Assembly: GCF_036418315.1 (NCBI RefSeq)
Contig: NZ_JAZHPG010000024.1
Location: 137,947 to 201,946 of the forward strand
Length of the DNA stretch: 64,000 nt
Direction of reading: 5' to 3'
Source of the DNA: Salarchaeum sp. III
GTDB taxonomy: Archaea > Halobacteriota > Halobacteria > Halobacteriales > Halobacteriaceae
Part shown: positions 10,997 through 22,107 of the stretch, one piece after another
Layout: each line of letters begins with the position of its first letter
How positions within the stretch are numbered: the first letter of the stretch is position 1
Notes under the pieces: model-generated
Database searches by the model: none
What the model was told of the DNA's origin: nothing
The model's input: only the letters and a program-made list of their open reading frames with translations
Made by a program: the position numbers and the translations under genes

Positions 10997-12556
10997 TCAA
11001 CTCGACCAGTACGTCCGGGTGAGGAGGACGAGCACGGGGAGAATTTCGAGCCGGCCAACCCACATGAACACGACCATCAGAAGCTTCGCGGGCGCGGAGA
11101 ACGAGAGATAACTATCCATCGGTCCCGCGAACCCGAACGCCGGGCCGACGTTCCCGACGGTGGAGGCGGTGGCGGCGAGCGACTCGAACACCGTGAGCGG
11201 TTCGCCGCCGTGCGTCCCGAACACGGCGACGAGGAACGTCCCGACGAGCACGATACTGAGGTAGAGAAGGGTGAACGCGTGGATTCCCCGCACGGACTTC
11301 TCGTCTAGTGCGTGTCCGCCGAGCCGCACGGGCTTCACCGCGTCCGGGTGGACGGTGCTGAACAGCTCTCGCTTGATGGACTTCACGACGACAATCCAGC
11401 GAATTATCTTGATTCCGCCGCCCGTGCTGCCCGCGCTCCCGCCGACGAACAGCAACGCGAACAGGAGATACTTCGCAGGCTCCCCCCAGAGCGTGAAGTC
11501 CATCGACGCGTACCCCGTGGTCGTGACGATGGCGACGACCTGGAAGGCTGCGTGCCGAAGCGCGGGTTCGACCGCGCCCGCGATGCGACCGACGTTCTCG
11601 ACGTTCGTGAGTTGGCCCGTGAACAGCAGCCCCGCGGCAATCGCGGTGAGAACGCCGAGCGCGCCCGCGTACGCGCGGAACTCCGCGTCGTCGAGGAGTT
11701 CGCGGCCGCCGCCGATGGTGGCGTGCCAGAACAGCGCGAAGTTCGTCCCCGCCGCGACCATGAACGGGATGATGATCCACTGCGCGACCGCGGAGAACGC
11801 CTCAATCGAGCGGGCTTCGGGGCTGAACCCGCCCGTCGGGAGCGTGGTAAAACCGTGTGCGACCGCGTTGTAGAGCCCCATGTTCGGCGCGAACCCGAGC
11901 TGGTTCGCACCGTAGAGCAGGGTGATTTCGAGCGCGGTGATACCGATGTAGAGCGCCCAGAGCCGCCGTGCGGTCTGCGCGATACGGGGCGTGAGCTTCT
12001 CCAGGCCGGGGCCGGGGGCTTCCGCCTCCATCAGCTGCGCACCGCCGACCGAAAGCTGGGGGAGGATTGCGAGCGCGAGCACGACGATACCCATGCCGCC
12101 GAGCCACTGCGTCACCTGCCGCCACATCATCAGCGCCCGCGAGTGGTGGTCGAACGAGATGTGCCCCATCACGGTCGCGCCCGTGGTCGTGAACCCGCTC
12201 ATCGACTCGAACAGCGCGTTCACGGGGTCGGCGAGCGTCGAATCCGGACTCCCCGCGACGACACCCGGGATGCCGTGCGCCTCGACGAGGTACGGGAGGG
12301 CGCCGACGACACTCACCGCGAGCCACGTCAACGCAACCATCAGGAACGCCTCCCGTGACCCCATGTCGGGGTCGGCGTCGAATCGCTCCAGAAGCCAGCC
12401 CACGCCGAACGCGACCGCGATGGTCGCCACGAACACGGTGACGCCATCGCCGTAGTAGGCCGCGAGCGCGAGCGGGAACAGGAGTGGCACCGAGAGCCAC
12501 TTCACGACCGTGCCGACCAGGCTGACGCTCGCCCGCCACTCCACCCACGTCCTCAT
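10997..12556 (-). CDS. trkH: Trk-type K+ uptake membrane subunit
   Basis: 519 aa polytopic membrane protein with TrkH/KtrB-like repeated M1-P-M2 segments (GFTTTGA, GGSAGSTGGGIK). Start overlaps the trkA stop (ATGA). Confidence 0.9.
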   Translation of the reverse strand: MRTWVEWRASVSLVGTVVKWLSVPLLFPLALAAYYGDGVTVFVATIAVAFGVGWLLERFDADPDMGSREAFLMVALTWLAVSVVGALPYLVEAHGIPGVVAGSPDSTLADPVNALFESMSGFTTTGATVMGHISFDHHSRALMMWRQVTQWLGGMGIVVLALAILPQLSVGGAQLMEAEAPGPGLEKLTPRIAQTARRLWALYIGITALEITLLYGANQLGFAPNMGLYNAVAHGFTTLPTGGFSPEARSIEAFSAVAQWIIIPFMVAAGTNFALFWHATIGGGRELLDDAEFRAYAGALGVLTAIAAGLLFTGQLTNVENVGRIAGAVEPALRHAAFQVVAIVTTTGYASMDFTLWGEPAKYLLFALLFVGGSAGSTGGGIKIIRWIVVVKSIKRELFSTVHPDAVKPVRLGGHALDEKSVRGIHAFTLLYLSIVLVGTFLVAVFGTHGGEPLTVFESLAATASTVGNVGPAFGFAGPMDSYLSFSAPAKLLMVVFMWVGRLEILPVLVLLTRTYWSS

Positions 12557-13887
12557 AGCCGGTCTGCGACCTCGTCGTGCGCCTCGCTCGTCACGAGCGC
12601 GATCACGTGGTCGCCGGCCTCGATGACCGTGTCGCCGCGCGGCGTGACGAACTCACCGTTTCGCGTGATAGCACCGATGACGAACCCCTTGGGGAGGTCG
12701 GCGACCGCCTCCCGAATCGGCCGGCCGACCAGCACGCTGTCCGGGCCGACCTCCACTTCGAGCACTTCGGCCTTCTCGGGCTCGATGATGGCGACGTTCT
12801 CCGCGCGGCGCTCGCGCGTGAACCGCGTGATGTCCTCCGCCGTCACCTCCCGCGGGTTCACTGCCACGTCCACGCCGACCGTCTGGAACAGTGGGACGTA
12901 CTGGGGGTTGTCCGCGACCGCGACCGTACGCGCCGCGCCGACGCGCTTCGAGAGGAGGGAGACGAGCAGGTTCTTCTCGTCCGAATCCAGCATCGACACC
13001 ACGAAGTCCGCGTCACCGATGTGTTCGCGTTCGAGGAAGTCACGGTCCGTCGCGTCGTGCTGGAGGACGGTCGTGTCCGGCAGGTCCTCCGCGAGTTCGC
13101 GCGCCCGCGCCTCGTCCTGCTCGATGAGCGTCGGTGACAGGCCGCGCTCCTCCAACAGCCGCGTCACCTGATAGGCGGCCGTGCTCCCGCCGACCACGAC
13201 CACGTCATCCACATCCGTCTCCGCGTCCGGCGACACCGCGCCCGCGAACGCCTCCACGCGGTCCGGTCGCCCGATGACGACCACCTGGTCGTTCGGCTCG
13301 ATAACGGTGTCGCCGCGCGGTAACACGACTTCCTCGTCGCGCACCAGCGCCGCGAACGTCAGCGCGTCGAACGTGTCCGCCTCCGCGACCGTCTGCCCCG
13401 CAATCGGGCTGTCCGCGTCGACCTCGAACTCCGCCATCTGCACGAGGCCGTTCGCGAACGGGTCCACGTCCCGCGCCGTCGGCAGTCCGACGATGCGAAC
13501 GATAGCCTGCGCGGTCAAGAGGTCCGTGCACACCATGAAGTCCACGCCGAACACGCCGCGGGAGCGCTGCCACGTCCGCAGGAACGAGGGCTGCTCCACG
13601 CGCGCGATGGTGAACGCGTCCGTGACGGTTTTCGCCGTCCCGCACGCCGCGAGGTTCGTCTCGTCGGCGTCCGTACTCGCGATAACCACGTCTGCGGACT
13701 CGACATCCGCCGCTTCGAGGTCGTCCAGCGAAGTGCCGTCCCCCTGAATCGCGAGCACGTCGTGCTCGAACGTCAGGGAGTCCACGCGGTCGCCGTCCAC
13801 GTCTAACACGACGATTTCGTGCGCGTCCGCGAGACTCCCCGCGATACTCGACCCGACTTCGCCCGCACCGATAACGAGGATGCGCAC
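12553..13887 (-). CDS. trkA: Trk K+ uptake NAD-binding subunit (two RCK_N plus two RCK_C)
   Basis: MRILVIGAGEVGSSIA Rossmann motif at N-term and a second copy (VVVVGGSTAAY) mid-protein. 444 aa. Confidence 0.9.
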   Translation of the reverse strand: MRILVIGAGEVGSSIAGSLADAHEIVVLDVDGDRVDSLTFEHDVLAIQGDGTSLDDLEAADVESADVVIASTDADETNLAACGTAKTVTDAFTIARVEQPSFLRTWQRSRGVFGVDFMVCTDLLTAQAIVRIVGLPTARDVDPFANGLVQMAEFEVDADSPIAGQTVAEADTFDALTFAALVRDEEVVLPRGDTVIEPNDQVVVIGRPDRVEAFAGAVSPDAETDVDDVVVVGGSTAAYQVTRLLEERGLSPTLIEQDEARARELAEDLPDTTVLQHDATDRDFLEREHIGDADFVVSMLDSDEKNLLVSLLSKRVGAARTVAVADNPQYVPLFQTVGVDVAVNPREVTAEDITRFTRERRAENVAIIEPEKAEVLEVEVGPDSVLVGRPIREAVADLPKGFVIGAITRNGEFVTPRGDTVIEAGDHVIALVTSEAHDEVADRL

Positions 13888-13991
13888 TCAGCGAACACCC
13901 CGAACGTCGTACATACACGTCGACTCGAATCCCGCACAAAAGACAGTTTCGAGCCGCAGGCTACGTATCGCGGAAACGGGTTAAAAAGGAA

Positions 13992-15455
13992 CTACTCGTT
14001 CCCGAACATCTGGCGCATCATCGGGTGCATGTCCATCATCTGCTCTTCAGCTATCTCCTCGTACAGCTTGTACGTGATGGAGATGGTGAGCAGGAGGCCG
14101 GTCCCGGTGACCTGGCCGATGGTGCCGAGCATGTTCGCCAGGACGGCGAGCAGCCCGACGAGCGCGCCCCCGATAACCGTCACCTGGGGGATGTAGCGCT
14201 CCATGACCTTCTCGATGACGCCGACGTTCTGCCGGAACCCGGGAATCTGCATGCCCGAGTTCTGGATCTGTTTCGCGGTCGCCTCCGGACCCATGTCGGC
14301 GGTCTCCACCCAGAAGATCGCAAAGATGGCGCCGCCGACGAGCATGAACGTGAGGTCCACGCCGACGCGGAGCGCGATCTCCCACACCTCGTGGGTGGCC
14401 GCGCTCTGCCCGAGCCACGGCATCCACTCGCCACGGCTCTGAATCGGGCTGAAGAAGTAGAACAGCCCGTTCACCGCCTGGCCGTCCGAGTAGACGCCGA
14501 GCCAGTTCGGCATTCCCGCGTCACCGAGCTGATTGTGCAGGAGGCGGCCGACGAAGCTGATGTTCATCTGGACCGCGCGAACGAGAATCATCGGCAGGAC
14601 GCTCGCGTAAATGAGCTTCACCGGGAACCGACCCCGTGCGCCCTTCACGCGAGCGTGACTGAGCGGAATCTCGACGCGAACGCTCTCCGCGTACACGACG
14701 ACGCCGTAGATGAGCGCGGTCGTGAAGATGGAGAGCAGTGCGGCGTCGATGAGCAGGAATCCGAGGCCCTGCGACGTGAGCAGCGGCGGCACCGAGAGCG
14801 ACCCGGTGATGATGCTGAACCACGTCGCGATGATACCCGCGGACGGGTCGATGATGCCCGTGACGAGGCTCTGCGAGACGCCAGCGACGATGAACAGTCC
14901 GATACCGGACCCGACACCCCACTTGGAGACGACCTCGTCCATGAACAGGATGAGGACGCCACCAGCGGCGATCTGGGCGAATATCAGGACCTGCATGCCG
15001 AACGAGCCGATGCCGAGCGCCGAGTAGACGGCTTGCTGCGGTGGGAGGTAGTTCCCGAAGAACACCATCGGCAGTCCGGTGAGGACGATCATCGCAATCA
15101 CGAGGACTTTCTGGAGACCCTGGTAGAGCGCCTGGTCTCGGGGGTCGCTCGTGTCCAACCCGAGGAGGTTCGCCCCACCCAGGAGTTGGAGAACGATGCT
15201 CGCCGTGACAATCGGTCCGATACCGAGCTGGAGCACCGACCCCTGCGAGCCCGCGAGCAGGCTCCGGAACCGCCCGTAGGCGTCGTTACCCGCGAGACCG
15301 CCTGCACCCCAGACGGGGATGTTCGTCAGGAAGAAGTAAAGGACGAGGATACCAGCCGTCCACGCCAGCTTGCGCTTGAACGGAACGTGTCCTTCCGGTC
15401 GCTGGACCGCGGGCATCCGCGTGAGGACCGGTTCAGCAGCCTCCTTCCAGCCCAT
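13992..15455 (-). CDS. secY: Preprotein translocase subunit SecY
   Basis: 487 aa, 10 TM. Conserved SecY motifs (LAGSQGSVLQLGIGPIVTASIVLQLL, GGALVGLL). Follows uL15 as in all archaea. Confidence 0.95.
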   Translation of the reverse strand: MGWKEAAEPVLTRMPAVQRPEGHVPFKRKLAWTAGILVLYFFLTNIPVWGAGGLAGNDAYGRFRSLLAGSQGSVLQLGIGPIVTASIVLQLLGGANLLGLDTSDPRDQALYQGLQKVLVIAMIVLTGLPMVFFGNYLPPQQAVYSALGIGSFGMQVLIFAQIAAGGVLILFMDEVVSKWGVGSGIGLFIVAGVSQSLVTGIIDPSAGIIATWFSIITGSLSVPPLLTSQGLGFLLIDAALLSIFTTALIYGVVVYAESVRVEIPLSHARVKGARGRFPVKLIYASVLPMILVRAVQMNISFVGRLLHNQLGDAGMPNWLGVYSDGQAVNGLFYFFSPIQSRGEWMPWLGQSAATHEVWEIALRVGVDLTFMLVGGAIFAIFWVETADMGPEATAKQIQNSGMQIPGFRQNVGVIEKVMERYIPQVTVIGGALVGLLAVLANMLGTIGQVTGTGLLLTISITYKLYEEIAEEQMMDMHPMMRQMFGNE

Positions 15456-15458
15456 CGG

Positions 15459-15920
15459 TTAGTCCTCGTTCTCTTCTTCCGCGCGCTCGGAGAGGACGGC
15501 GTCCCCGCCCTCTTCCTCGATGAGTTCGACCGCGGACGCGGTGAACGCGTCCGCCGTGACCTCGAGCTGGTTTCGGACCTGCCCGCCGCCGAGCACCTTC
15601 ACGGCGTCGGCCTCGTGACCGTCCTCGACCACGTCGCGCGCGTCAATCCGGTACCCGAAGTCCGTCTCCTCCGCGAGACCGTCCGCCGCGAACAGCGCGG
15701 CGTCCTCGTCGAGTTCGCGGACGGAGATCTCGAGCACGGTCTCCTGGACCTTCTCGGGGCGCGTGAACCCGTGTTTGCCGAGCGGTTCGTAGTTGTGGAA
15801 CTCGTGTTTGTCGCGACCGGCGCGCCCACGGCCACCACGATGACCGGCGCCACGCCGGTTCTTGTGACTGCCGCCGCCGTGCGTGCGCGTGCCGCGCTGG
15901 CGTCGTTTCTTATCAGTCAT
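15459..15920 (-). CDS. rpl15: 50S ribosomal protein L15 (uL15)
   Basis: Start MTDKKRRQRGTRTHGGGSHKNRRGAGHRGGRGRAG, the Gly/Arg-rich uL15 N-terminus. The track ORF is over-extended. Confidence 0.9.
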   Translation of the reverse strand: MTDKKRRQRGTRTHGGGSHKNRRGAGHRGGRGRAGRDKHEFHNYEPLGKHGFTRPEKVQETVLEISVRELDEDAALFAADGLAEETDFGYRIDARDVVEDGHEADAVKVLGGGQVRNQLEVTADAFTASAVELIEEEGGDAVLSERAEEENED

Positions 15921-15922
15921 TG

Positions 15923-16390
15923 TTATCGCATCTCCTCGAGGAGGCTGTCCAGCTCCTCTGTGGTGTGCTTGCCGAGCTGGCCGCCGTCGGCCTGCGGCTG
16001 CTTGATTCCCTTGTGACCGCCGCGGGGCGGGTGGAGACGGAGGGCGGGCGAGAGACCCTGTTCGCGAAGCGTCGTCTCCTCGTCGAGGAGCGCCGCCGCG
16101 AGGTTCTCGACGGAGTCGTACTCCGTGTTCTCCGCGAGCCACTCGTCGTCCACGTCCGCGTCACCCTCCGCGGGTTCCGCGCGCTTCGAGAGCAACGTCA
16201 CGAGCACGTCCTCGCTGGGCGTGCCGTACGCGACGTAGTCGTTGACCTTCGCGATCATCCCCTGGTAGGTGTCCGTCTCGGGGACGAGCGCGCAGTGGTT
16301 CACGCTATGGAGGTTCAGCATGTCGAGCGTGTCCTCCACGGTCTCACGCATGTTCACGTCGCCGCGGAGCTGCACGACTGCCTGCATCAC
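15923..16390 (-). CDS. rpl30: 50S ribosomal protein L30 (uL30)
   Basis: 155 aa [27 protein letters not shown], typical uL30 ferredoxin-like start. Operon position. Confidence 0.9.
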   Translation of the reverse strand: MMQAVVQLRGDVNMRETVEDTLDMLNLHSVNHCALVPETDTYQGMIAKVNDYVAYGTPSEDVLVTLLSKRAEPAEGDADVDDEWLAENTEYDSVENLAAALLDEETTLREQGLSPALRLHPPRGGHKGIKQPQADGGQLGKHTTEELDSLLEEMR

Positions 16391-17022
16391 TCGATCACCT
16401 CGCGCTTCTCGCGCGTGCGCTCGGGGATGCGTGCCTCCGCCGTGTTCCGGAGCGCGTTGAACGTCGCTTTCGCGAAGTTCACCGTCGTCCGGGTCTTCCC
16501 GGACGAGCGCGTCCAGATGTCCTCGATACCGGCGAGGTCGAGCACGTGCCGAACCGTCTCACCGCCCGCGAGACCGAGGCCGCGCGGGGCGGGACGGAGT
16601 TCGACTTCGACGCTCCCGGCCTTCCCGGTCGTCTTGAGCGCGACCGTGTGCGGACGCCCACAGCCACACTCCCACGACCCACAGCCGCGGGAAACGTCGA
16701 TGATGTTCAGTTTCGCGATACCGATCGCCTTCTCGATGGCGCCACCGACCTGGTCGTCACGCCCCTCGGCGTATCCGACGAAGCCGTCGCGGTTCCCGAC
16801 GACAACCGAGCATCGGAACTTCACGCGGCGGCCGGAGTCCGTCATGCGCTGAACCATGTTGATGTCCAGCACTTCGTCGTCCATCCCCGGAAGGAGAGTG
16901 TCGACGATTTCGGGCTCCTTGAGCGGGAGGCCGGTGTTGAGCGCGTCCGACATCGTGTCGATCTCGCCGTCCTGGACGAGGCGACCGAGGCGTGTCTTGG
17001 GTTGCCAGCTGTCGTAGCTCAT
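16387..17022 (-). CDS. rps5: 30S ribosomal protein S5 (uS5)
   Basis: Start [16 protein letters not shown]. dsRBD plus S5 C-terminal domain ([18 protein letters not shown]). ATG confirmed at 17020-17022. Confidence 0.9.
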   Translation of the reverse strand: MSYDSWQPKTRLGRLVQDGEIDTMSDALNTGLPLKEPEIVDTLLPGMDDEVLDINMVQRMTDSGRRVKFRCSVVVGNRDGFVGYAEGRDDQVGGAIEKAIGIAKLNIIDVSRGCGSWECGCGRPHTVALKTTGKAGSVEVELRPAPRGLGLAGGETVRHVLDLAGIEDIWTRSSGKTRTTVNFAKATFNALRNTAEARIPERTREKREVIE

Positions 17023-17023
17023 G

Positions 17024-17575
17024 TTAGTCCTCCGTAATCGTTTCGAGCACGTCGTCGAAGTGCTCGGGCAGTTCCGTGGCGTCGAAATCGCCGCTGTACA
17101 GGCCGTCGTCGAGCGACTCCGCGTACTCCGCGATGTGCGAACCGCGAGTACGCTGCCAGTCGGCAAAGACGTCGTCGTTGTGCGGGATGTCGAGGCCGGC
17201 GTCGATGGCGCCTTCCTGCATCGCGAAGACCTTCGACCCCTGCGTCGCCGTGTTCAGACCGATGTCGAGGACCGCTTCCTCGAAACCGGCGTCGACGGCT
17301 CGCTGCCCGGCCAGAAGGCCGGTGAGGTACGCGCTCGGGAGGTTGCCCGTTGGGGCGTCCCAGCCGTACTCTGCGAGGTCTTCGGACGTCGCGGATGCGA
17401 CGGTTTCGTCGCCGTTGGGTCCGGTAACGACCAGCTGCGCCGTGACGTGGTTGTTGCTCTTGCGAGCGACAAGCCGGGGTTTCCCCGATTTGAGGAGGCG
17501 CAACCTCTGATGGTAGTCGGTCCGGACCTCGCGGCGTCGCCGCATCGGCACCTTATAGCGTGGTCCAGTTGCCAT
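17024..17575 (-). CDS. rpl18: 50S ribosomal protein L18 (uL18)
   Basis: [41 protein letters not shown] is a conserved uL18 N-terminus. Confidence 0.9.
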   Translation of the reverse strand: MATGPRYKVPMRRRREVRTDYHQRLRLLKSGKPRLVARKSNNHVTAQLVVTGPNGDETVASATSEDLAEYGWDAPTGNLPSAYLTGLLAGQRAVDAGFEEAVLDIGLNTATQGSKVFAMQEGAIDAGLDIPHNDDVFADWQRTRGSHIAEYAESLDDGLYSGDFDATELPEHFDDVLETITED

Positions 17576-18024
17576 TAGTTTTCACCGTAGTGTTCGTCAA
17601 TGTACGTTTCGAGGCGTGCGACGCTGTCGAACTCGCCACCGTTCGCCATGTTGTAGAGGTCGCGGTACTGGCTGGGCGTGAGTTCGCCGTCGTCGCGGAG
17701 TTCGCGGAGCGTCCGTCGCTGCGCGCGAATCTTCGCCTCCCACTGTTCTTTCTCGTTCTGTCGAGCGCCCGCCTTCCCCTTCCGGGTACCGGGGCCCTTC
17801 CGATGGCCGTACGCGCGCTTCTCGTTGCGTTCGCGTGCGCGGCCACGGGAGTTCCCGCGGGCGTCCTTCGACTGAATGATTCCCTCGTCGACGAGTTCGC
17901 GGATGTCCTCTCGCGTGATGGCGTCGACGATTTCGCCCTGTTCTTCGGGGTCGAACCAGACGCGGTTCTCACCGACGTCGAGGACGTCGGCTGCGAGCCG
18001 CTTCTGTGCGCTCAGGTCACTCAT
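17575..18024 (-). CDS. rpl19e: 50S ribosomal protein L19e (eL19)
   Basis: [28 protein letters not shown] matches the eL19 N-terminus. Confidence 0.9.
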   Translation of the reverse strand: MSDLSAQKRLAADVLDVGENRVWFDPEEQGEIVDAITREDIRELVDEGIIQSKDARGNSRGRARERNEKRAYGHRKGPGTRKGKAGARQNEKEQWEAKIRAQRRTLRELRDDGELTPSQYRDLYNMANGGEFDSVARLETYIDEHYGEN

Positions 18025-18730
18025 TGTCTCCCTCCACTTCGACTTCCACGTAGGTGGGGTTGAGGACGCGAATCCCGAGGTCTTCCGCCTTGTCCTCGAT
18101 GGTCTCGCGCTTGCGCCCGCCGACCTTCGAGGCGATGCGGGCGGCTTCCGTGTCGGGGTCGATATCGTCGAGGTCGCTCGCGTTGTGCACGAGAACGTCC
18201 TCGAACCCGCTCGGGTGCTTGCCCCGAACGGCGGTCGGAGACCGGAAACCGGCCTGGACCGTGTCGCCCTTGCCCTTGATGCCGCGGCGCTGCTTCGAGA
18301 GCGTGCCGCGGGGGCGTCGCCACGACGTGGAGACGCGCTTTTTCTTGTGGTGGTCCTGTCGGTTGAACTGGGGCGTGCCGATACGGTCGCGCTGCGAGAG
18401 CAGGCGCTTCGTCTCCTCGTCCAGGTCGGGCGTCTTCTCCGCGTGCCCGCGCGGGACGAGTTCCGTCTCGACTTCCTCCTCCGATTCTTCTTCTTCCGCC
18501 GGCTCGGCCTCCTCGACCTCGCCCTCCGTCTCGGACTCGACTTCGAGTCCGCCGACGTCGGCCTTGATACGGGCCGCGAGCGCGTTCCCGACGCCGTCGA
18601 CGTCGGCCAGTTCGCTCTGGCTCGCCGCCTTCACGTCGTCGATGGTCTCGTAGCCGGCCTCCTTGAGGGCCTCGGCCTTCGACGGGCCGACGCCGGAGAT
18701 GTCTTCGAGTTCTTGTGGTTCGTCAGCCAT
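18017..18730 (-). CDS. rpl32e: 50S ribosomal protein L32e (eL32) with N-terminal helix-hairpin-helix extension
   Basis: N-term [23 protein letters not shown] is an HhH typical of haloarchaeal eL32. Acidic linker, then C-terminal eL32 core ([17 protein letters not shown]). Confidence 0.85.
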   Translation of the reverse strand: MADEPQELEDISGVGPSKAEALKEAGYETIDDVKAASQSELADVDGVGNALAARIKADVGGLEVESETEGEVEEAEPAEEEESEEEVETELVPRGHAEKTPDLDEETKRLLSQRDRIGTPQFNRQDHHKKKRVSTSWRRPRGTLSKQRRGIKGKGDTVQAGFRSPTAVRGKHPSGFEDVLVHNASDLDDIDPDTEAARIASKVGGRKRETIEDKAEDLGIRVLNPTYVEVEVEGDNE

Positions 18731-18733
18731 GCG

Positions 18734-19267
18734 TTAGGCACCTCCCGTGGGTTTCTCGACGATGTACACGCCGTCCTGGAAGACGCGCGTGTCCTTGTCC
18801 GTCACCCGCGTGAGCTGTTCGATGTCGGCGGCGGTCTGCCCGACGTCCTCCTTGCTGGGGCCGGAGAGGGTGAGTTCCTCGCCGTCCACCTGGACGTCGG
18901 TGTCGCCGCGGACAGGCGTTCGTCGGGGCGCGCGCTCACCGAGGAAGTTCTCGATGACCACTTCGTCGCCCTCGACGTTCACCTGCATCGGGAAGTGAGA
19001 GTAATGGACTTCCATCCGGTACTCCCAGCCCGCGCTCACGCCGTGGAACATGTTCGAGAGGTGGCTCTCGAACGTCCCCATCGTCGCGGTCGTCTTGCGG
19101 TTCTCGGTGTCGCTCTCGATAACGACGAGGTCGCCATCGACGGACACGCTAACGTCGGGATACCAGAGGCGTCGCGTCACGGACCCCTCCGGGCCGTCGA
19201 CCGTCACGTCGAGGTGGTCGACCTCGACCGTCACGTCGTCCGGGATTTCGAGTTCTATTCGTGCCAT
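18734..19267 (-). CDS. rpl6: 50S ribosomal protein L6 (uL6)
   Basis: 177 aa with two uL6 alpha/beta repeats. Operon position between L32e and S8. Confidence 0.9.
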   Translation of the reverse strand: MARIELEIPDDVTVEVDHLDVTVDGPEGSVTRRLWYPDVSVSVDGDLVVIESDTENRKTTATMGTFESHLSNMFHGVSAGWEYRMEVHYSHFPMQVNVEGDEVVIENFLGERAPRRTPVRGDTDVQVDGEELTLSGPSKEDVGQTAADIEQLTRVTDKDTRVFQDGVYIVEKPTGGA

Positions 19268-19659
19268 TAGTAGACGTATGCGATTACTTGGCCACCGACG
19301 CCCTGTTCGCGAGCGTCGTAGTGGCTCATGATGCCGCGGCTGGTCGTCACGACGAGCGTCCCGTAGTCACGGGCGGGGAGGAATCGCTTCTCCCACTTCT
19401 CGAAGTCGTCGACGCCCGCGGAGTAACGGGGCTTGACCGGGCCGCACTCGTTGATGGCACCCTTCAGTTCGACCTCGAACGTGCCGCCCTGGCCGTCTTC
19501 GACGTATTCGAACCCGTCGATGTACCCGCGGTCGTAGAGGACCTCGAGGACGGAGCCGACCATGTTCGAGGCGGTCGATACCGTGTATGTGAGGTGGCCG
19601 ACGCTCTCGGAGTTATCGAGTCCCGAGAGGGCGTCGGCGAGTGGGTCTTTTCCTGTCAT
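19267..19659 (-). CDS. rps8: 30S ribosomal protein S8 (uS8)
   Basis: Start MTGKDPLADALSGLDNSE. ATG confirmed at 19657-19659. Confidence 0.9.
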   Translation of the reverse strand: MTGKDPLADALSGLDNSESVGHLTYTVSTASNMVGSVLEVLYDRGYIDGFEYVEDGQGGTFEVELKGAINECGPVKPRYSAGVDDFEKWEKRFLPARDYGTLVVTTSRGIMSHYDAREQGVGGQVIAYVY

Positions 19660-19661
19660 TG

Positions 19662-19811
19662 TTAGCTGTACTTCTTGAATCCCATCGTCCGAGCGATCTC
19701 GCGGAAGCACTGTCGGCACAGCCAGATGTCGTACTTCCCGACGAGACCCTGATTGCGGCCGCAGCGGCGGCACTCGTGGGACTGACCGGTTTCTTCGTGT
19801 TCGTCGCTCAT
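19662..19811 (-). CDS. rps14: 30S ribosomal protein S14 type Z (uS14, zinc-binding)
   Basis: 49 aa [49 protein letters not shown] with a CxxC...CxxC zinc knuckle. Confidence 0.85.
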   Translation of the reverse strand: MSDEHEETGQSHECRRCGRNQGLVGKYDIWLCRQCFREIARTMGFKKYS

Positions 19812-20329
19812 GCGTCCACCTCGACGTCGAAGTTCGCTTCGAGGAACCGGATGGCGTCCTCGGGCGTCAGTCGGTGGTTCGACGGGATTTGTCGCGTGCA
19901 CGTATCGCGCTTCGACACGCGATACCCGCCGCGGACGAGGTTGACGGTGACGTCAAGCCCGTAAATCCCGACGTTCGGGTCGTACTCCTGGCTCGGGAAG
20001 TCCGTGTGTTCCTCGACGCCGAAGCTCACGTTCCCAGTCTTATCGAACTTGGACTCGGTGAGGTTGGCGGGGGGGAGCGCACGGGAGAGGAAGTCCTCCG
20101 CGTCGTCGCCGCGGAGCGTGACCTTCGCGCCGATCGGGTCGCCCTGGCGAATCCCGAACTCGGGTTCGGTGCTCTTCGCGGTGGTGCGAACGGACTCCTG
20201 ACCGGCGATCTCTTCCAGAATCTCTTCGGCGTTCTGGAGGTCGCGGCCACCCTGGCCGACGCCCATGTGGACGACGACCTTCTCGACGCGCGGTTCGCGC
20301 ATCTCGTTGTCGAACTCGGCTTCACTCAT
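19808..20329 (-). CDS. rpl5: 50S ribosomal protein L5 (uL5)
   Basis: 173 aa with conserved uL5 core. Stop overlaps the S14 start. Confidence 0.9.
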   Translation of the reverse strand: MSEAEFDNEMREPRVEKVVVHMGVGQGGRDLQNAEEILEEIAGQESVRTTAKSTEPEFGIRQGDPIGAKVTLRGDDAEDFLSRALPPANLTESKFDKTGNVSFGVEEHTDFPSQEYDPNVGIYGLDVTVNLVRGGYRVSKRDTCTRQIPSNHRLTPEDAIRFLEANFDVEVDA

Positions 20330-21027
20330 TCGTCATCACCCTCGACGAAGTTCTCGTCGATGACGACGACGTAGTCCTGCACGGTCTCGAACGAGCCGTC
20401 GTCGGTGTCGACCACGATGGTGTTGTCCGCGCTACCGGGGGCGACCTGAATCTCGTCGATTTCGCCGATGTCGCCGGCGTGCTGGCCGGCGACGGCGGTG
20501 ACGAGCGCACCCTCCTCGAAGACGAAGTGCGCGACGACCTCGTTCGTCTCGTTGTCGATGACGACCGAGTCAGTCCCGCTGTACTCGTCCTCGTCGACCA
20601 GGATGTTCTGGCCGTCGTGGAGGTTGAGCTGGACGTCGCCACCGCTGACGAGCGTCTTGCCCTCTATCTTCCCGAGTTTCGAACCGGCGGCGTCCTCGTC
20701 GATGGCCGTGAGGCCGAGTCGGCCGCCCTCGTCGGGGAACACGCGGTAGTACTCGTCGCGGTCGGGGAACGCGAGGATGTCGAACATCCCGATGGGACGG
20801 TTGACATCGTTCACGGTCGCACCGTTGACGAGCACGCCCGCGTTGTTGATGGCGTACTTCGCTTCCTTCTTCGTGTTCACGTACTCGAGCACGTCACGAA
20901 GCACGACGACGAGCGGCACGCCGGATTCCCCGTGGGGGCCGGCGGTCGCCTTCGCCGTGAACGTGTCCGTCTTCCGCTCGACGGGCCACGACTTCGGAAC
21001 GGAGAGTCGTTTCTGGTGTTTCGTCAT
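20326..21027 (-). CDS. rps4e: 30S ribosomal protein S4e (eS4)
   Basis: [20 protein letters not shown] matches the eS4 N-terminus. 233 aa. Confidence 0.9.
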   Translation of the reverse strand: MTKHQKRLSVPKSWPVERKTDTFTAKATAGPHGESGVPLVVVLRDVLEYVNTKKEAKYAINNAGVLVNGATVNDVNRPIGMFDILAFPDRDEYYRVFPDEGGRLGLTAIDEDAAGSKLGKIEGKTLVSGGDVQLNLHDGQNILVDEDEYSGTDSVVIDNETNEVVAHFVFEEGALVTAVAGQHAGDIGEIDEIQVAPGSADNTIVVDTDDGSFETVQDYVVVIDENFVEGDDE

Positions 21028-21380
21028 TCGTTGTCACCTTCGATGCGTTCTGCGCGCACGTCGTCCTCCAGGTCGAGCTCGGTGACGAGGAGGTTGCTCG
21101 CGTCCAGGGGACGCGGCACGTCCTCGCCGTCCGCGGCGGCGACCGTCACGTCTTCGACGTAAACGGAGGCGTCGCGCAGGTCGACGTTCGTGACTTCGCC
21201 TTCCGTTCCGGCGTAGTCGCCGCGCTGCACCTCGACGGTGTCGCCGGCGTTCACGCGAACGTGACGCTGCCCGTACTCCTCGCGGAGGTCCTCCGCGAGG
21301 TGGGCGCGGACCTGTTTCTGTCGCTCGTGGAGGCTCGCGCGCTCCGATCGAGTTCGCTGTTTGCGTGGTTGCTCAGACAT
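21024..21380 (-). CDS. rpl24: 50S ribosomal protein L24 (uL24)
   Basis: 118 aa with KOW motif ([21 protein letters not shown]). Confidence 0.9.
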   Translation of the reverse strand: MSEQPRKQRTRSERASLHERQKQVRAHLAEDLREEYGQRHVRVNAGDTVEVQRGDYAGTEGEVTNVDLRDASVYVEDVTVAAADGEDVPRPLDASNLLVTELDLEDDVRAERIEGDNE

Positions 21381-21382
21381 AT

Positions 21383-21781
21383 CTATACGATCATCGTCGC
21401 GGTGCTTGCGATGCTCCCCCAGCGCTCCGCGACCTCGCGCGTGATCGGGCCCTTGATCTCGGTCCCGCGGGGTTCTTCCATGTCGTCGATGATGACGGCC
21501 GCGTTGTCCTCGAACTTCACGCGCTGTCCGTCCGGCCGCCGGATGGACTTGCGCTGCCGCACGATGACGGCTTCGAGGACCTGACGGCGCATCTCGGGCG
21601 TCCCCTTCGTGACGGAGACGGTGACCTTGTCACCGACGCCGGCCTTCGGGTGACGGTTCTTCGTCCCCTGGTAGCCGGCGACGCTCGTGATCTTGAGCTC
21701 TCGCGCACCGGTGTTGTCCGCACACCGGATGAGCGAGCCCTTCTCAAGACCCTGCGTGACGTCTGCCTTGATTGCTTCCAT
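21383..21781 (-). CDS. rpl14: 50S ribosomal protein L14 (uL14)
   Basis: 132 aa. [17 protein letters not shown] is the uL14 signature region. Confidence 0.9.
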   Translation of the reverse strand: MEAIKADVTQGLEKGSLIRCADNTGARELKITSVAGYQGTKNRHPKAGVGDKVTVSVTKGTPEMRRQVLEAVIVRQRKSIRRPDGQRVKFEDNAAVIIDDMEEPRGTEIKGPITREVAERWGSIASTATMIV

Positions 21782-22107
21782 TAGTCTTCACCCTCCACGA
21801 GTTCGACGACCACGTGAGATTTGGTCTTCGAGAGCGGTCGGGTTTCAGCTATACGAACCGTGTCGCCTTCCGTGAGGTCGAAGCACTCGGGTGCATGAAC
21901 GCTGACGCGGGAGCGTCGCTTCATGTACCGGTCGTACTTCGGCACGAATACGTCGTATTCGCGCTCGACGACGACGGATTTGTCCATGGCCGTACTGGCG
22001 ACCTCGCCTTCGATGACCTGACCGCGCACGGAAAGGTTTCCGTGGAACGGACAGCTCTCGTCAGCGCAGGTGCCTTCAGGCTCGGATACGTTCAGTCCTA
22101 TCGCCAT
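21781..22107 (-). CDS. rps17: 30S ribosomal protein S17 (uS17)
   Basis: 108 aa OB-fold with CPFHG zinc-like motif near the N-terminus, as in archaeal S17. Confidence 0.9.
   Translation of the reverse strand: MAIGLNVSEPEGTCADESCPFHGNLSVRGQVIEGEVASTAMDKSVVVEREYDVFVPKYDRYMKRRSRVSVHAPECFDLTEGDTVRIAETRPLSKTKSHVVVELVEGED

Noticed and set aside
14025-16016. 663-aa plus-strand ORF across secY/L15/L30
   Set aside because: Antisense to universally conserved secY and ribosomal genes. Compositionally biased translation.
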